From Macrostomum lignano (lineage: Eukaryota), in assembly GCA_002269645.1 (NCBI GenBank), contig NIVC01000695.1, forward strand, positions 409,522-473,521: a DNA stretch of 64,000 bases, written 5' to 3'. Position 1 is the stretch's first letter. The number at the start of each line of letters is the position of its first letter. A program made the translations under genes and the position numbers. The notes under the pieces are model-generated. The model did not search any database. It saw only the letters and a list, made by a program, of their open reading frames with translations, and had not been told where the DNA came from. Below, one piece after another: positions 1 through 11,911 of this stretch.

Positions 1-2072
1 AGGTGCTGCAGCCAACATTATTGAGGATTCATAAATCGACTTCATGACTATTTTGAAGGTGGCTCTTCAAGCCTTCTTCAAGTACGCGGTTCAGGCGCTC
101 CACTCCGGAATTCTTGAGGGTGGTAGAACGGAGTCTGACGATGATGGATGCCATACGCCTTTAGGAAGTCGTTGAACTCCTGGGAGATGAACTGGGGTCC
201 TCCATCGGTGGTGATTACGCGCGGAATGCCCCAGCGACAAAACAGCGCTATGAGACTCTTGATGATAGTCGCAGACGTCGCCGAAGAGAGGCAGATCAGT
301 TCGGGCCACTTTGAATGCAGGTCGTGCACACCGAGGATGAAGCGGCAGTTCTGTGGTGCACCCTCATGCAGCTCTCCGAACAAGTCGATCTGCAGCTCTG
401 TCCACGGCTCCTTCGGCCACTTGATCGGGGTCAGCACTGTCTGGTGCGGCTTGAAGCTCTTCTCACTGATGATGCACGCAGAGCAGCTGCTGACGAACCT
501 CTCGATGTCGCCGTCCATTTTGAGCCACCACTCGGTGTCTCGGCAGTGATGCTTGGTTCTGCTGACTCCCTTGTGACCTTGATGCGCTAAGTCGAGCACT
601 CGCTGACGCAGTTCTTCCGGTATAACGGCGCGAGCTCCCATGGCCAAGCACCTGCCGTTGCTCCAGACAGTCAGATCGTTCCTTACACTCCAGTAAGGCA
701 GCAGGCGCTCGTCGAGCTTTTTCTTGTCTGGCCAACCGGAAACTGTGAACTCTGCGACTCGTGCCAGGAGCTCTTCCTTTGAAGTTGCTTCCGCCATTTC
801 GTCCTCGGTGACCACGGTCAGCGTCCGTCTCGGCCAGGAGCACTCTCTGGACTTCCAGATCGTCAGTTGCATCGCCTTCCGCCGGCTCGGCCGTGACCTA
901 GCAGCGCACGGTGTTCTTGGCATCCGGGACGTACTTGACGGTGAAGGAGTAATTTAACAAACGATCGTTCGTTCGTTAACCAGCGATCCAGTCTGAGTGG
1001 CCTGTGTCCGCATCCAGATGCTGACAGCAGCGTGGTGAGAGCCTGGTGGTCGATGTGGAGCTCAAACAGTCGGCCGTAGAGGAAGAAGTTCCAGCGCTCG
1101 CAGGCGAAAATGCAGGCTAGGGCTTCCCTCTCGCTTGCGGAGTAGCGGCGCTCCGTAGCACTCAGCGACCGGCTCGCAAAGGCAACCGGGCGCCATTGAC
1201 CATCGGAGTCTTGCTGGAGAAGCATCGCACCGAGAGCTGATGCTGAGCTGTCGCAGTTGACGATGATTGGCTGATCTGGGTCGAAAAACTTGAGGCAAGG
1301 TGGCTTGCACACTCCTGTCTTCAGCTGCTCAAAAGCCTGCTGGCACTCGCTCGTCCACTTCCACGGCTCGTCCTTCCTCAGCAGTTTCATGAGGGGCTCT
1401 GCCGTACTGGGGAGGTTAAAATGAAGTTTCCGAAGTACTTTACGACGCCTAGAAACGCAGCCACTTCCTTGGTGCTCGTTGGCGGCTGTACCTTCTCGAT
1501 AGCTTCGACATGTGACTGCAACGGGCGGACTCCAAGCGCTCAGCTCATAGCCTAGGAAGTTGATCTTTTCCTGACGCCAGGTGCACTTGGCCGTATTGAT
1601 GGTCACGTTGTGCGTCATAAAAGCTTGCAGCACCTTGTTACAGGCGCTTGTCGTGTTCTTCTCTTGATGCCGCGTGCACTACGATGTCATCAATAAAGTG
1701 CACTGCGCCTTTGATACCACTGAGGATCTTTGCCATCACCTTCTGGAGCGCAGCCGGTGCAGTACTCAGGCCGAAGCACACCCTCCGATTCCGATATAGG
1801 CCTCACTCCGTCACGAACGTCGTCAGATTTCTGCAGTACTCGGCCAACTCCAGTTGCAGGTAAGACGAATTCAGGTCCAACTTGGAGAAGCATCGTGACC
1901 CGGCAAACTCGGCGGAGAGCTATTCAAAGGTCGGAAGTGGGTATCTGTCCGGTATGATGCTCTTATTTGGGCGTCTCAGGTCGTTGTAGATCCGGATCGA
2001 GCCATTCGCCTTTGGCACCACAACTAGGTTTGACACCCAATCTGACGCGTCGACCTCCTTAATGATACCTTG
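1..2072 (-). mobile_element. Degenerate Ty3/Gypsy LTR-retrotransposon pol fragment (RT, RNase H, integrase)
   Basis: Minus-strand translation gives RT motifs (GIIKEVDASDWVSNLVVVPK, PDRYPLP, HFIDDIVV). RNase H follows (CDSSASALGAML, RPVAFASRSLSATERRYSASEREALAC, DHQAL), then the integrase HHCC finger (HQGH...CSAC) and D,D35E core (QIDLFG, TTDGGPQF, GVERLNR after a frameshift). The RT-RH-IN order is Gypsy-type. Several stops and frameshifts; no gag or LTR at the 2072 end. Confidence 0.93.
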
Positions 2073-3069
2073 CAGAAGAATTCGAGTATCCAGAAGAGTT
2101 CGAGTAAGTGTTCACAGAAGCTGTTCATTTCAAGTCACTAATTGAATCATGATATCACCATTAACTGGTTAAAATCTCGGATATAAAATACTTTTATATA
2201 TTTATATACTTATCACACACACCTTGCAACTCTGACCTCCTGGTAGTAGTAGTATGATATAAGGGGCTGAGTCATCCAAGCGAGCTGGCGCGCAATGCGC
2301 CTGAGCAATAAGGGTGGCGCAGCCCCTTATATCATACTACTACTAACAGTCTCGACAGATGTTGGGCGGCCAGAGGATTCTTAAATTAACGCACACAAAG
2401 CATGGCTTCATTATTGGTATTTTAACCTAGGTTCATGCTTAACTACTAAGTTTCTGATAATTTCATTAGACCGATAGCTATCAGCATAGATGTGCCTCAC
2501 TGCAACAATCAAAAAAAGTTTTTTTCAATTTACCTAAGAATTTTACATAATATTGCTTAAAGTTGGGCAATCAATTTTACTATCTTACATCGTAATATAT
2601 GGATATGCCGATCCAATAAAATAATTCTGCAGCTTCTAGGAAGTCCTACAAGCTGATACTTTGCGGCAGCTCGAATGGCTGGATGTTCCTGGAGCCCATT
2701 ACTGTGGAAAATTCGATGATATCAAGCCAATTCTAAAACTGATCAAACTGTCTGAAGAGATAAAAAATGGCATTGATAATGGCATGTCGTTACGTACTCG
2801 AATCAACAATTTTCAACTTAAAATTGAGAAATGCAACGATCGTTACAAAATCCACGTAGCCAGGGTGCTCGGCGGAGTCAGCTTTGCTAATCCGTAAGTT
2901 TTACCAGATCTACATACTAGTCATGAATATTCATTATTGGAGTAGCACAGACATTGCCAATAGTATTTAAGATTTAATAAATATTTAAATATTCCTTTTC
3001 AGATTGACCCAGCTACCGTGTGGTTGCGCCATTAAAACATGCAACCAAGTTTCTGTTAGACAGAAATAA
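2073..3069 (+). pseudogene. Paralog A of unknown phase-2 multi-exon gene family (disrupted)
   Basis: Exons: 2073-2103 (truncated YPEEF repeat, donor GTAAGT), 2350-2416, 2470-2517, 2633-2893, 3003-3069. Lesions: 1-nt insertion in exon 2, TG|A at the exon 2/3 junction, in-frame TAG at the start of exon 4. Confidence 0.6.
2244..2345. mobile_element. 102-bp hairpin/MITE with perfect 26-bp inverted repeats
   Basis: TAGTAGTAGTATGATATAAGGGGCTG (2244-2269) pairs with CAGCCCCTTATATCATACTACTACTA (2320-2345). Second copy at 10672-10773; absent from the same intron of paralogs B and B'. Confidence 0.75.
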
Positions 3070-3187
3070 AAAATAACCGATCGAATGGTTAATGTTTTGG
3101 AAGTCCAATTTTTCTTTGAATTATTTTTGGCGCGAATAGAAAGTTTTAAATTATTATAGCTCTAAATTAAGCGCGTATCTTCCTCTC

Positions 3188-3442
3188 CAGGGGCGTCCCC
3201 ATCCATTATGGTAGGGGGCCACAAAGCCAAGCATTCCACATGACTAAATTTCAATATTGTTTTAAGGAATCGGTGTTGTTAACACTCATTATAGCGCCAC
3301 AGGCACTCATTTTTGCGCCACATTCAGGCACGAATTTTGGCGTTCTGAAGCAAATTTACTGATTACCATATCGGGTCACAAAGTGGGGCGGAGGAACAAA
3401 TCATTATCATGCCCCATAGCTTTTGCAGGAGCGACGCCCCTG
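3188..3442. mobile_element. hAT-like MITE (255 bp)
   Basis: Terminal inverted repeats CAGGGGCGTC...GACGCCCCTG. Absent from the paralogous positions near 7980 and 19215 (apparent empty sites). The 8-bp TSD is only partly matching. Confidence 0.6.
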
Positions 3443-6400
3443 TCAATCTCCAAACTGTTTAGTGGTAAAAATGATTATGCATATTTTAAGTTCTATTCAA
3501 AAGTTTAGTGGTCTGGTTAATCAAAGTTACTAAATTCACTATCAATTTCTATAAGAAACATGAACCACTTAGTGTGGTAAAACCTGGATTTTGAATTCCT
3601 CAAAGTCCTCAGTTCTTACTCGCTGTCAACTGGTATTATCCGCTGAGCTGTTTTTTGTACACACGATAAGAGATTCGCTTCACTCTCTTCTCTTGGTACT
3701 CTCAGTAGGCAGCTATAATAAAGTATAAATTAGAGGATCGTTCGTGTTTGGGAAGTGCAAGCATACCAATTAATTCGAAATACGAAATCTCCCATTTCAG
3801 CGGTCATGTCACCTACTCACGAATGATTGACGTCACTCTGTCGCCGACACATCGAGTTTGCGACATCACAGACGCTGCAAGTCTGCAACCTGTAATTGAA
3901 GTTAATTTGGCGATATATAAGTCTTGCGTTCTAGACACACAATGCAGTAGTGCATTTTAAGTGAATTATTTTTAATATTTTTTATCGCATTCGTTGAGTA
4001 TGGATTTTCAGCACGAAATGAGCCACTTTCCTGTACTATACATACTACTGCCAGTAGCCATGGAAGTTTATTCTACCATTTTCTTCCCTGCCTTCCCCAT
4101 TTTTTCCTTCCCTCTCCCCCATCTCTTTTTATCCTTTGTCTACCCCTAGTCTACGGTAGCAAAATAAAGAGCATACATACCAGTCATGAATATCCGTTGT
4201 TTGAGTTGTTACCAACTATTACCAACTATTATACAAATATACAAATATTACCAGCAATAGGAATGTAATCCAATATACTAAAATGGTTAGTAAGTGTCTG
4301 TGGTTACAGGAGGGATAGCATATTGCCTAAGCTGTTAGAGTATAATACAGTTAGTGTGTGATAGATACACGTAGCAACATAGCGAGCCAATTGATAAGAT
4401 AAGATATGCGGCATGATAAATCAACCTTTGCATAATTTACTATCCTTTGCAGATGACGACAAGGTGGCGCCGTCATCCGGTCATACCTTTAACTGGAACT
4501 TTCATTAAAAAGGCAGGTGGTCAAAGTTACTAAAGTTACTAGCAGTTACTGTACTATTAGATACGTGAACTCCTAAGTGTATCCAAATCTCAAAAATTCC
4601 TCACAATCAAAAAATCTTATAAAATAGAAATTGGAAATCGCATAGAAAAATCCGGGTCCGGATGAGGTTTATTAAGTAGTCCTATGCATGCACACCAGTA
4701 TTTGCCGGCCTCCCACTAATGGTGAAGCAGCATGAGAAGCTAATTGGGAATTAAGACAAGAGCAATAAATTTGAAGTGCAAAATTTCCCATTTCAGAAAA
4801 CAAGTCACCTACTGTGGTCACGAATGGCCGACGTCACTCTGTCACGATCGACACTGTGCGTGCTCGACATCACAGGCGATGCAAGCAGCATTGAAGTAGA
4901 GAGGATACAGACTTCTGGGTCACCGGGCGAGCCACCATCCACCTATTGGGCTCTCCGGCCAAGGAACCACCCCTGCGGACACCGGCACTTGCGGATTTCC
5001 CTGCGCGACACCGCAGCACCAGGTTAGCGAAAGTGGCGGCAACGCCTCCTCGCTGCATCCGGATGCCCGGATCCCCTGAAGCTGAGTCAAGTAAGTCAAT
5101 GCCATTGATGCATTCAATCCTACTTGCGACAACCAGATTGAGACCTCCAGCTATGACAGCCCCATCTATGAAGCTCTCAACGCAAGGTAGTCTTTGCTTT
5201 CAAGGCCGCTTGAAGATCCAACTCTTACAGTAATGGACCTCGGCGTGCGATCAGACGGGAGGCAGATGGCGTCTTGCACCCTTGTCAATGCGATACGGCA
5301 ACGCAATCTGACTTACTCGAAATGTGAACATCTAACTTTATTCAGCGAATAGCACAATAAGTCAAGCAGACAAAATTATCAGCTGAATTTAAACTTCAAT
5401 TAATTTTTATTATTTACTTAGACTTAACAGAATCGCGATTTGTATAAGAGCTCAGCTCAAATATCAGGAATTCCATTGGGTATTACTCCTATATGTTAAC
5501 TCTGCTTTTATCCCTGACGCTTTTCACAGGAACAATGCCAACTGCATGAATCTGCGCCGTCCAGATTTCTTCAAGACGAAGATGACCGTGAGTTTCTAAT
5601 GCAAGGCCTGCGCGAGGGATTTTGCCTGATCACCGAAACTCGTTCCGCCAATCCGATGTCGAGAATTATGTATGGCTCATGCAAGCTGCATGAACGAGAG
5701 CAAGGTCGAGAAGCAGATCTACTGCTACCGTCGCGCCGCAAAGAGACCCACGAAAGTGTCTGTCAGTGTAGAAACATTTGACGAAAAACTGTAAGAGTTG
5801 TAAGAATCGATCCACTTTTCAGATAAAAATAGTTACAATACAGCTGTGCTGGGTGAGAGATCTTAGTACGATGACATGCTCGAAACTTCTGTGCATTTAG
5901 TTAGAATAGTAAAGCCTCGCTATTTCATCTGGGAGACAATGTGTACAGTATTTTGGAACTACATTCAGGCTTTGCTGATTTTTACAAAGCAAATAAACTG
6001 CAGAATGAATTTTGGAACGTCTTTGACTTCTTCTTTTCGGCGGATATAGCTCGTAGATAGAGTTAGCTAATTATTAAACTTTAACTTACGCGTGTGACTC
6101 TCCAAACTCTTTAGTGATAATTGCTCACAATCCTCAGCTCTTACTCGCTGTCAACTAGTCTTATATGCACTGAGTTTAGGACCTCACCTGTGACCACACA
6201 CAAGTTCTAATTTGACTATCGGTGTAGAACTTTTCGTACACACGATTAGAGATTCGCTTCACTCTTGCTACTCTTCAGTAGGCGATTTCCTAAGATAGAA
6301 ATCGGAAGTCGCATTGAAAAACTCGGTCCTTAATGAAGTTTCCTATGTATAGTTCTATGCATGCACACCAGTATTAGCCGGCCTCTCAATCGCTAATGGT

Positions 6401-6711
6401 GAACCAGGGGGAGAAACTAATTAGATATGAAAAGAAATAAATAGTGGCATCCTATTGTCGCCAACTCTATAGGTCACCGCTTCCATTTAAGAGCCTTAAG
6501 TTTACATAAAATCCCCTTTTCTCATTTATCCCCACCAAAATAGCCCCTAGGGACTGTGGGATTTCGTCAATGAAGGCGTTTCTTTTTTCTTTAGAAGAGA
6601 ATTTTTCGCGTTGGTTCTATTTTTACTTGTTGCTTATAAAATGCTTTGGAGTTCACTTCCTCTCCTGATATGAGCAGTTAAAACTAATTTCAGCACTGCC
6701 GCATAACAGCA

Positions 6712-7698
6712 ATGCCAAATGATACCTCCTCGCCAGTGTACAACTGGTTGGAATTGTACTATGGAAACGTCCAACAACCAAGGTAAGATTTTCTATGACC
6801 TGATGGCTATCCAGTCGCCCTAGAATTACATGTATATTTATGCAGTAAAACTGAAAGATGTTAAGATGTTAAGATACTTTGACCTCGATAACATTCTACT
6901 TAATTATCTATAGTCAGAAATGAGAAAATTACCGATGCGCCTCGTCCCACAAAACATATTTGTGGTTTAGTTAGCATAGAATCAGAGTAAAGATTTTCAA
7001 TAGTCTCGACAGACGTTGGGCGGCCCGAGGATTTTTAATTAACGCCCACGAAGCATGGTTTTATTATTGGTATTTTACCATAGGCATTCATGCTTAACTA
7101 CTAAGTTTCTGATAATTTCATTATGTCGATCGCGATCAGCATATAGATGTGTCACACACTGCACCAATCAAAAATAACGTTTTTTCAATTAAACTACTAA
7201 GAATTTTATATAAGATTGCTTAAAATTTGCCAATCAATTTTACTATCTTACATCTTAATACATGGATATGCCGATCCAATAAATATTTCTGCAGCTTCGA
7301 GGAAGTCCTGGCTTCTGATACTGAGCGTAAGCTGAAACGGCAGGATTGTCCTGGAGCCCATTACTGTGGCAAATTAAATGATATCACGCAACTTCTAAAC
7401 GTTATTGGTCTGCCGAACGAAAAAATTGGCTATGGTAGGCCACTACGGTTGCTAACAAACGATTTTCAACTGACCATTAAAAAGATTGCTGATGGGTATG
7501 AAATCCACCTTGCTAAGGCCGTATATGGCCGAACGTTTTCAGAATGGTAAGTTTTACTGGAGCTACATTACTAGTCTAATAAATATTTATTATTTGAATT
7601 GCACAGATATTGCCAATAGTATTTAAGATGTACTAAATATAAAAACAATAATATTCCATTTCAGATCGGTCACGCTTCCTTGCGGTTGCGCTATGTAG
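6712..7698 (+). CDS. Paralog B of unknown phase-2 multi-exon gene family; potentially intact ~130-aa protein
   Basis: Exons: 6712-6782 (MPNDTSSPVYNWLELYYGNVQQP, donor AG|GTAAGA), 7004-7069 (LDRRWAARGFLINAHEAWFYY), 7295-7546 (FEEVLASDTE...AHYCGKLND...YGRTFSE), 7665-7698. The exon 3 acceptor is mutated (AG>AT), but skipping it keeps frame. TGA is formed across the exon 4/5 junction. Confidence 0.5.
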
Positions 7699-8989
7699 AT
7701 TGACTCGTACCCGGACAGTTCCTGTTGAGATCTGAGAGCTAATGACGATGCACATTGCGTGTGTCTGACCCAGTTTCGATCGGATCTCCGGGAGCTCTAC
7801 CGGAATGTCTTCCATGGAATTTATTTATCCATCTTTTTGCACATTCCATGGAAATGCATTGCATTCGTGTTGTTGCTGTATTCTACAGAAATAAACACAA
7901 ATAATTTTTTGAAAGAATTATTTTTCGTTGACTCTTCATTTTGGCGGGTATAGAAAATTGTTTGATTTATAACTTTAATCTCTTTCCAATCTCTGAAGTG
8001 GTAACTATGAAAATAGGACTATCAATAGGACTTACATACTTACTTTTGATTTAAAAGTTTAGCGGTCTTTAGTCGAAGCTACTAAAGTTAGTGTCAGCTG
8101 GTCTTATCCACTGAGCTGAGGACCTCACTAACTACCTATGCAGAAATTGTGGAGATTCCCTTCACACTCTTCTCTCGCTACTCTCAGTAGGCAAGCTAAA
8201 ATAAATTAGAAACTAAGGAAATTAATTTTTGGGAAGTACGAGCTTACTATAAATATTGTTTTAAAGTGCGTAATCTCCCATTTTCAGCGTTCGTCACCCA
8301 TGCAGTCACGAGTCACGAATGACCGACGTCACTCCGTCACCGAAACAGTGCGTTTTCGACAACACAGGCGCTGTAACCAACTTGATGACTGTTTTGGAGA
8401 CATAAAGCTTCCGTTTTAAACACACAATGCAACAGTGCATTTTAAGTGCATTAATTCTTTTATGATTTCTTATCGCAATTCAATGAGGACTGAATTTCGA
8501 GCCCCTTTCCCTCTACTGTACATACTACTGCCAGTAGCGATGGCATTTTCTTCCACCATTTTCTTCCCATTTCTTCCCCATTTTTCCGTTGTCTACGGTA
8601 GCAAAACAAATAGCATATACATACTATTCATGAATATCTGTTGTTTGAGTTGCACAAATATTGCCAACAATAATAATGTAAATAAGATTGTCTAAATATT
8701 CAACGGTAATTATTTCATTGTACTGACAGCATATTGCCCAATCTACATATGCTTTGCTGTTAGAGTAGAATTCCCCATTTTGCCGATTTCATACTGCATC
8801 AAATGTCTTACACTTGCTTTTGCTGGACCTCTTTTTCTTCAGCTGTGCTTAGTTTATTTATTTATTCTTTATTATCTTTTATCTTTAAGCTTCCGGATGG
8901 TCAGCAGAGCTGACTATGTACCAACAGCCTTTACTGCTGGTAATCTTTTAGAGTCTATGGTAAAAGAAAAGTTATGTGCTGCACAGTAG

Positions 8990-9466
8990 CCGTTCCTGCC
9001 GAGCATGGTCAGCAGCGCTGATCATACGAAAAATGGGTGAAAAAAGTCCTACATATCTGCAATGGAATGCAGCGACTCGGTTTCAGTATTCTCTGTGATG
9101 ACATCATCAGTCTCAGAATTTCCATGCAAAATTTCTATGGTTGTAGCTGATTTACTTTTCAATAAACTGATATAACTGATATACTCTTATTAAGGAGGTG
9201 CAGTGCTTTCTCTTTCAAAAATGCCTGTTTGCAGAATTTAAAGTGAACTGTAGTGTCTATTGCTAGATATCGAGTGTACGCACTGCATAATCTATTCAGA
9301 GAGCATTAAGTGAAATGTACATTTTGAGACTGCTTTTTTCGACCCTAGATTTGTCCAAGCCAAGTATAAATGCTCCATTCTCGGCTAGAAAGGCTTTGCA
9401 CAGCGGCGCATTAAGATTCTAGCTATAGTCTATGGCCAGCCCAGCTGACCATGTCGGCAGGAACGG
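8990..9466. mobile_element. Putative non-autonomous DNA transposon (477 bp, ~24-bp TIRs)
   Basis: CCGTTCCTGCCGAGCATGGTCAGC (8990-9013) pairs with GCTGACCATGTCGGCAGGAACGG (9444-9466). No clear TSD. Confidence 0.55.
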
Positions 9467-10064
9467 AGATTTTGTATTTCTACGAGCGTAGCTCCAGCGC
9501 GAAAAGGATCCTTCAGTATGCTTCACTCATGTCGCCTTGTTGCCTAGTTGGGGGGGGGGGGCAGTTGAGCTATACATCTTTCTTTGCGTTATGGATGTAT
9601 TTGCATCGATATATATAGCAAGTAGCAAGCAAGTAAGCTTTTTGTGCCGCGCTGGGCTGCTCTGCCCTAGCACGCTCATTTTTTCTCCCATTGCCTTTAT
9701 TCATCCCTATTTTTAATCACCGTGTTTAATTAACTACTGTGGAATTGAGTAAATCAAAATAAATTCTGTTTGCCACAGGGGCCCTCCTTCGCCCTTGCCG
9801 CCTCTTCGCCTTCCTTTCTTGGCGTCGTTTGCTAAAGATCGAAAATTTTAATGCCAGAAGTCACGAGAGTCGGCTTTGAGCCGCTTTTAAGCATTTGCAA
9901 AACACTTGGCAAACTAGATGCATTAAATGTATTGCGTATTGTATAATTTTGCCTCAATTAATAGATATTTATTTTCAGTTTCAACTATTATACACTTCCA
10001 GCTTTTATTAAAATATTTATTATTATCAAAAAATAATAAAAGCTGGCTGATTGGCTGAAGTATG

Positions 10065-10531
10065 TATCCAGAAGAGTTCGAGTATCCAGAAGAGTTCGAG
10101 TATCCAGAAGAGTTCGAGTATCCAGAAGAGTTCGAGTATCCAGAAGAGTTCGAGTACCCAGAAGAGTTCGAGTATCCAGAAGAGTTCGAGTACCCAGAAG
10201 AGTTCGAGTATCCAGAAGAGTTCGAGTATCCAGAAGAGTTCGAGTATCCAGAAGAGTTCGAGTATCCAGAAGAGTTCGAGTATCCAGAAGAGTTCGAGTA
10301 TCCAGAAGAGTTCGAGTATCCAGAAGAGTTCGAGTATCCAGAAGAGTTCGAGTATCCAGAAGAGTTCGAGTATCCAGAAGAGTTCGAGTATCCAGAAGAG
10401 TTCGAGTATCCAGAAGAGTTCGAGTATCCAGAAGAGTTCGAGTATCCAGAAGAGTTCGAGTACCCAGAAGAGTTCGAGTATCCAGAAGAGTTCGAGTATC
10501 CAGACGAGTTCGAGTATCCAGACGAGTTCGA
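10065..10531 (+). repeat. 18-bp VNTR (TATCCAGAAGAGTTCGAG) x26, probably coding
   Basis: Direct repeat preceded by an in-frame ATG and ending in GA|GTAAGT. Unit variants are TAT/TAC and GAA/GAC. Confidence 0.95.
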
Positions 10532-10671
10532 GTAAGTGTTCACAGAAGCTGTTCATTTCAAGTCACTAATTGAATCATGATATCACCATTAACTGGTTAA
10601 AATCTCGGATATAAAATACTTCTATATATTTATATACTTATCACACACACCTTGCAACTCTGACCTCCTGG

Positions 10672-10773
10672 TAGTAGTAGTATGATATAAGGGGCTGAGT
10701 CATCCAAGCGAGCTGGCGCGCAATGCGCCTGAGCAATAAGGGTGGCGCAGCCCCTTATATCATACTACTACTA
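10672..10773. mobile_element. Second copy of the 102-bp hairpin/MITE
   Basis: Same sequence as 2244-2345. Confidence 0.75.
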
Positions 10774-11657
10774 ACAGTCTCGACAGATGTTGGGCGGCCC
10801 GAGGATTCTTAATTAACGCACACAAAGCATGGCTTCATTATTGGTATTGTACCCTAGGTAGACATTCATGCTTAACTACTAAGTTTCTGATAATTTCATT
10901 AGGCCGATAGCTATCAGCATAGATGTGCCACACTGCAACAATCAAAAAAAAAGTTTTTTTTTTCAATTTACCTACGAATTTTACATAATATTGCTTAAAT
11001 TTGGGCAATCAATTTTACTATCTTACATCGTAATATATGGATATAATTTTATAAAATAAAATAGATTATAAAATATTTTATTTTATGATTATAAAATAAT
11101 TCTGCAGATTCGAGAAAGTCCTACAAGCTGATACTTTGCGGCAGCTCGAATGGCTGGATGTTCCTGGAGCCCATTACTGTGGAAAATTCGATGATATCAA
11201 GCCAATTCTAAAACTGATCAAACTGTTTTGTCCGGACAGCACTTCATCGTTGCATGTCGTTACGTGCTCGAATCAACAATTTTCAACTTAAAATTGAGAA
11301 ATGCAACGATCGTTACAAAATCCACGTAGCCAGGGTGGTCGGCGGAGTCAGCTTTGCTAATCCGTAAGTTTTACCAGATCTACATACTAGTCATGAATAT
11401 TCATTATTGGAGTAGCACAGACATTGCCAATAGTATTTAAGATTTAATAAATATTCAAATATTCCTTTTCAGATTGACCCAGCTACCGTGTGGTTGCGCC
11501 ATTAAAACATGCAACCAAGTTTCTGTTAGACAGAAATAAAAAATAACCGATCGAATGGTTAATGTTTTGGAAGTCCAATTTTTCTTTGAATTATTTTTGG
11601 CGGAAAAAGAAAGTTTTAAATTATTATAGCTCTAAATTAAGCGCGTATCTTCCTCTC

Positions 11658-11911
11658 CAGGGGCGTCCCCATCCATTATGGTAGGGGGCCACAAAGCCAA
11701 GCATTCCACATGACTAAATTTCAATATTGTTTTAAGGAATCGGTGTTGTTAACACTCATTATAGCGCCGCAGGCACTCATTTTTGCGCCACATTCAGGCA
11801 CGCATTTTGGCGTTCTGAAGCAAATTTACTGATTTCCATATCGCGTCACAAAGTGTGGCGGAGGAACAAATCATTGGCATGCCCCATAGCTTTTGCAGGA
11901 GCGACGCCCCT
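11658..11911. mobile_element. Second copy of hAT-like MITE
   Basis: CAGGGGCGTC...GACGCCCCT; homologous to 3188-3442. Confidence 0.55.

Larger units (their letters stand above)
2104..10531. repeat. Tandem segmental duplication unit 1 (~8.4 kb)
   Basis: The sequence CGAGTAAGTGTTCACA(G/T)AAGCTG recurs at 2101, 10529 and 17565. Block 5278-9430 is near-identical to 12875-17020 (offset ~7.6 kb; duplicated ORFs in the track). Confidence 0.92.
10062..11539 (+). pseudogene. Paralog C of unknown gene family with (YPEEFE)x26 first exon; frameshifted in exons 3-4
   Basis: Exons: 10062-10531, 10778-10843, 10903-10952, 11108-11363, 11473-11539. Exons 1, 2 and 3 join in frame (...EF-D-LDRCWAARG...HYW-PIAISIDVPHCNNQK). 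Exon 3 has extra A's in a homopolymer; exon 4 has a replaced segment causing a frameshift. Confidence 0.6.

Noticed and set aside
2350-3069. Possible SNAD/APOBEC-like deaminase identity of the unknown family (IAISIDVP..C, PCGC)
   Set aside because: No HxE motif or proper PCxxC spacing is present in the reconstruction.
4920-5277. GC-rich unit-1-specific segment with short ORFs on both strands
   Set aside because: No recognisable motif or termini; probably a transposon fragment but unsupported.
9923-10569. Alternative frames of the 18-bp repeat (YSNSSG, IQKSSS, WILELF)
   Set aside because: Only the YPEEFE frame has an adjacent ATG, a phase-matched donor and third-position variation.
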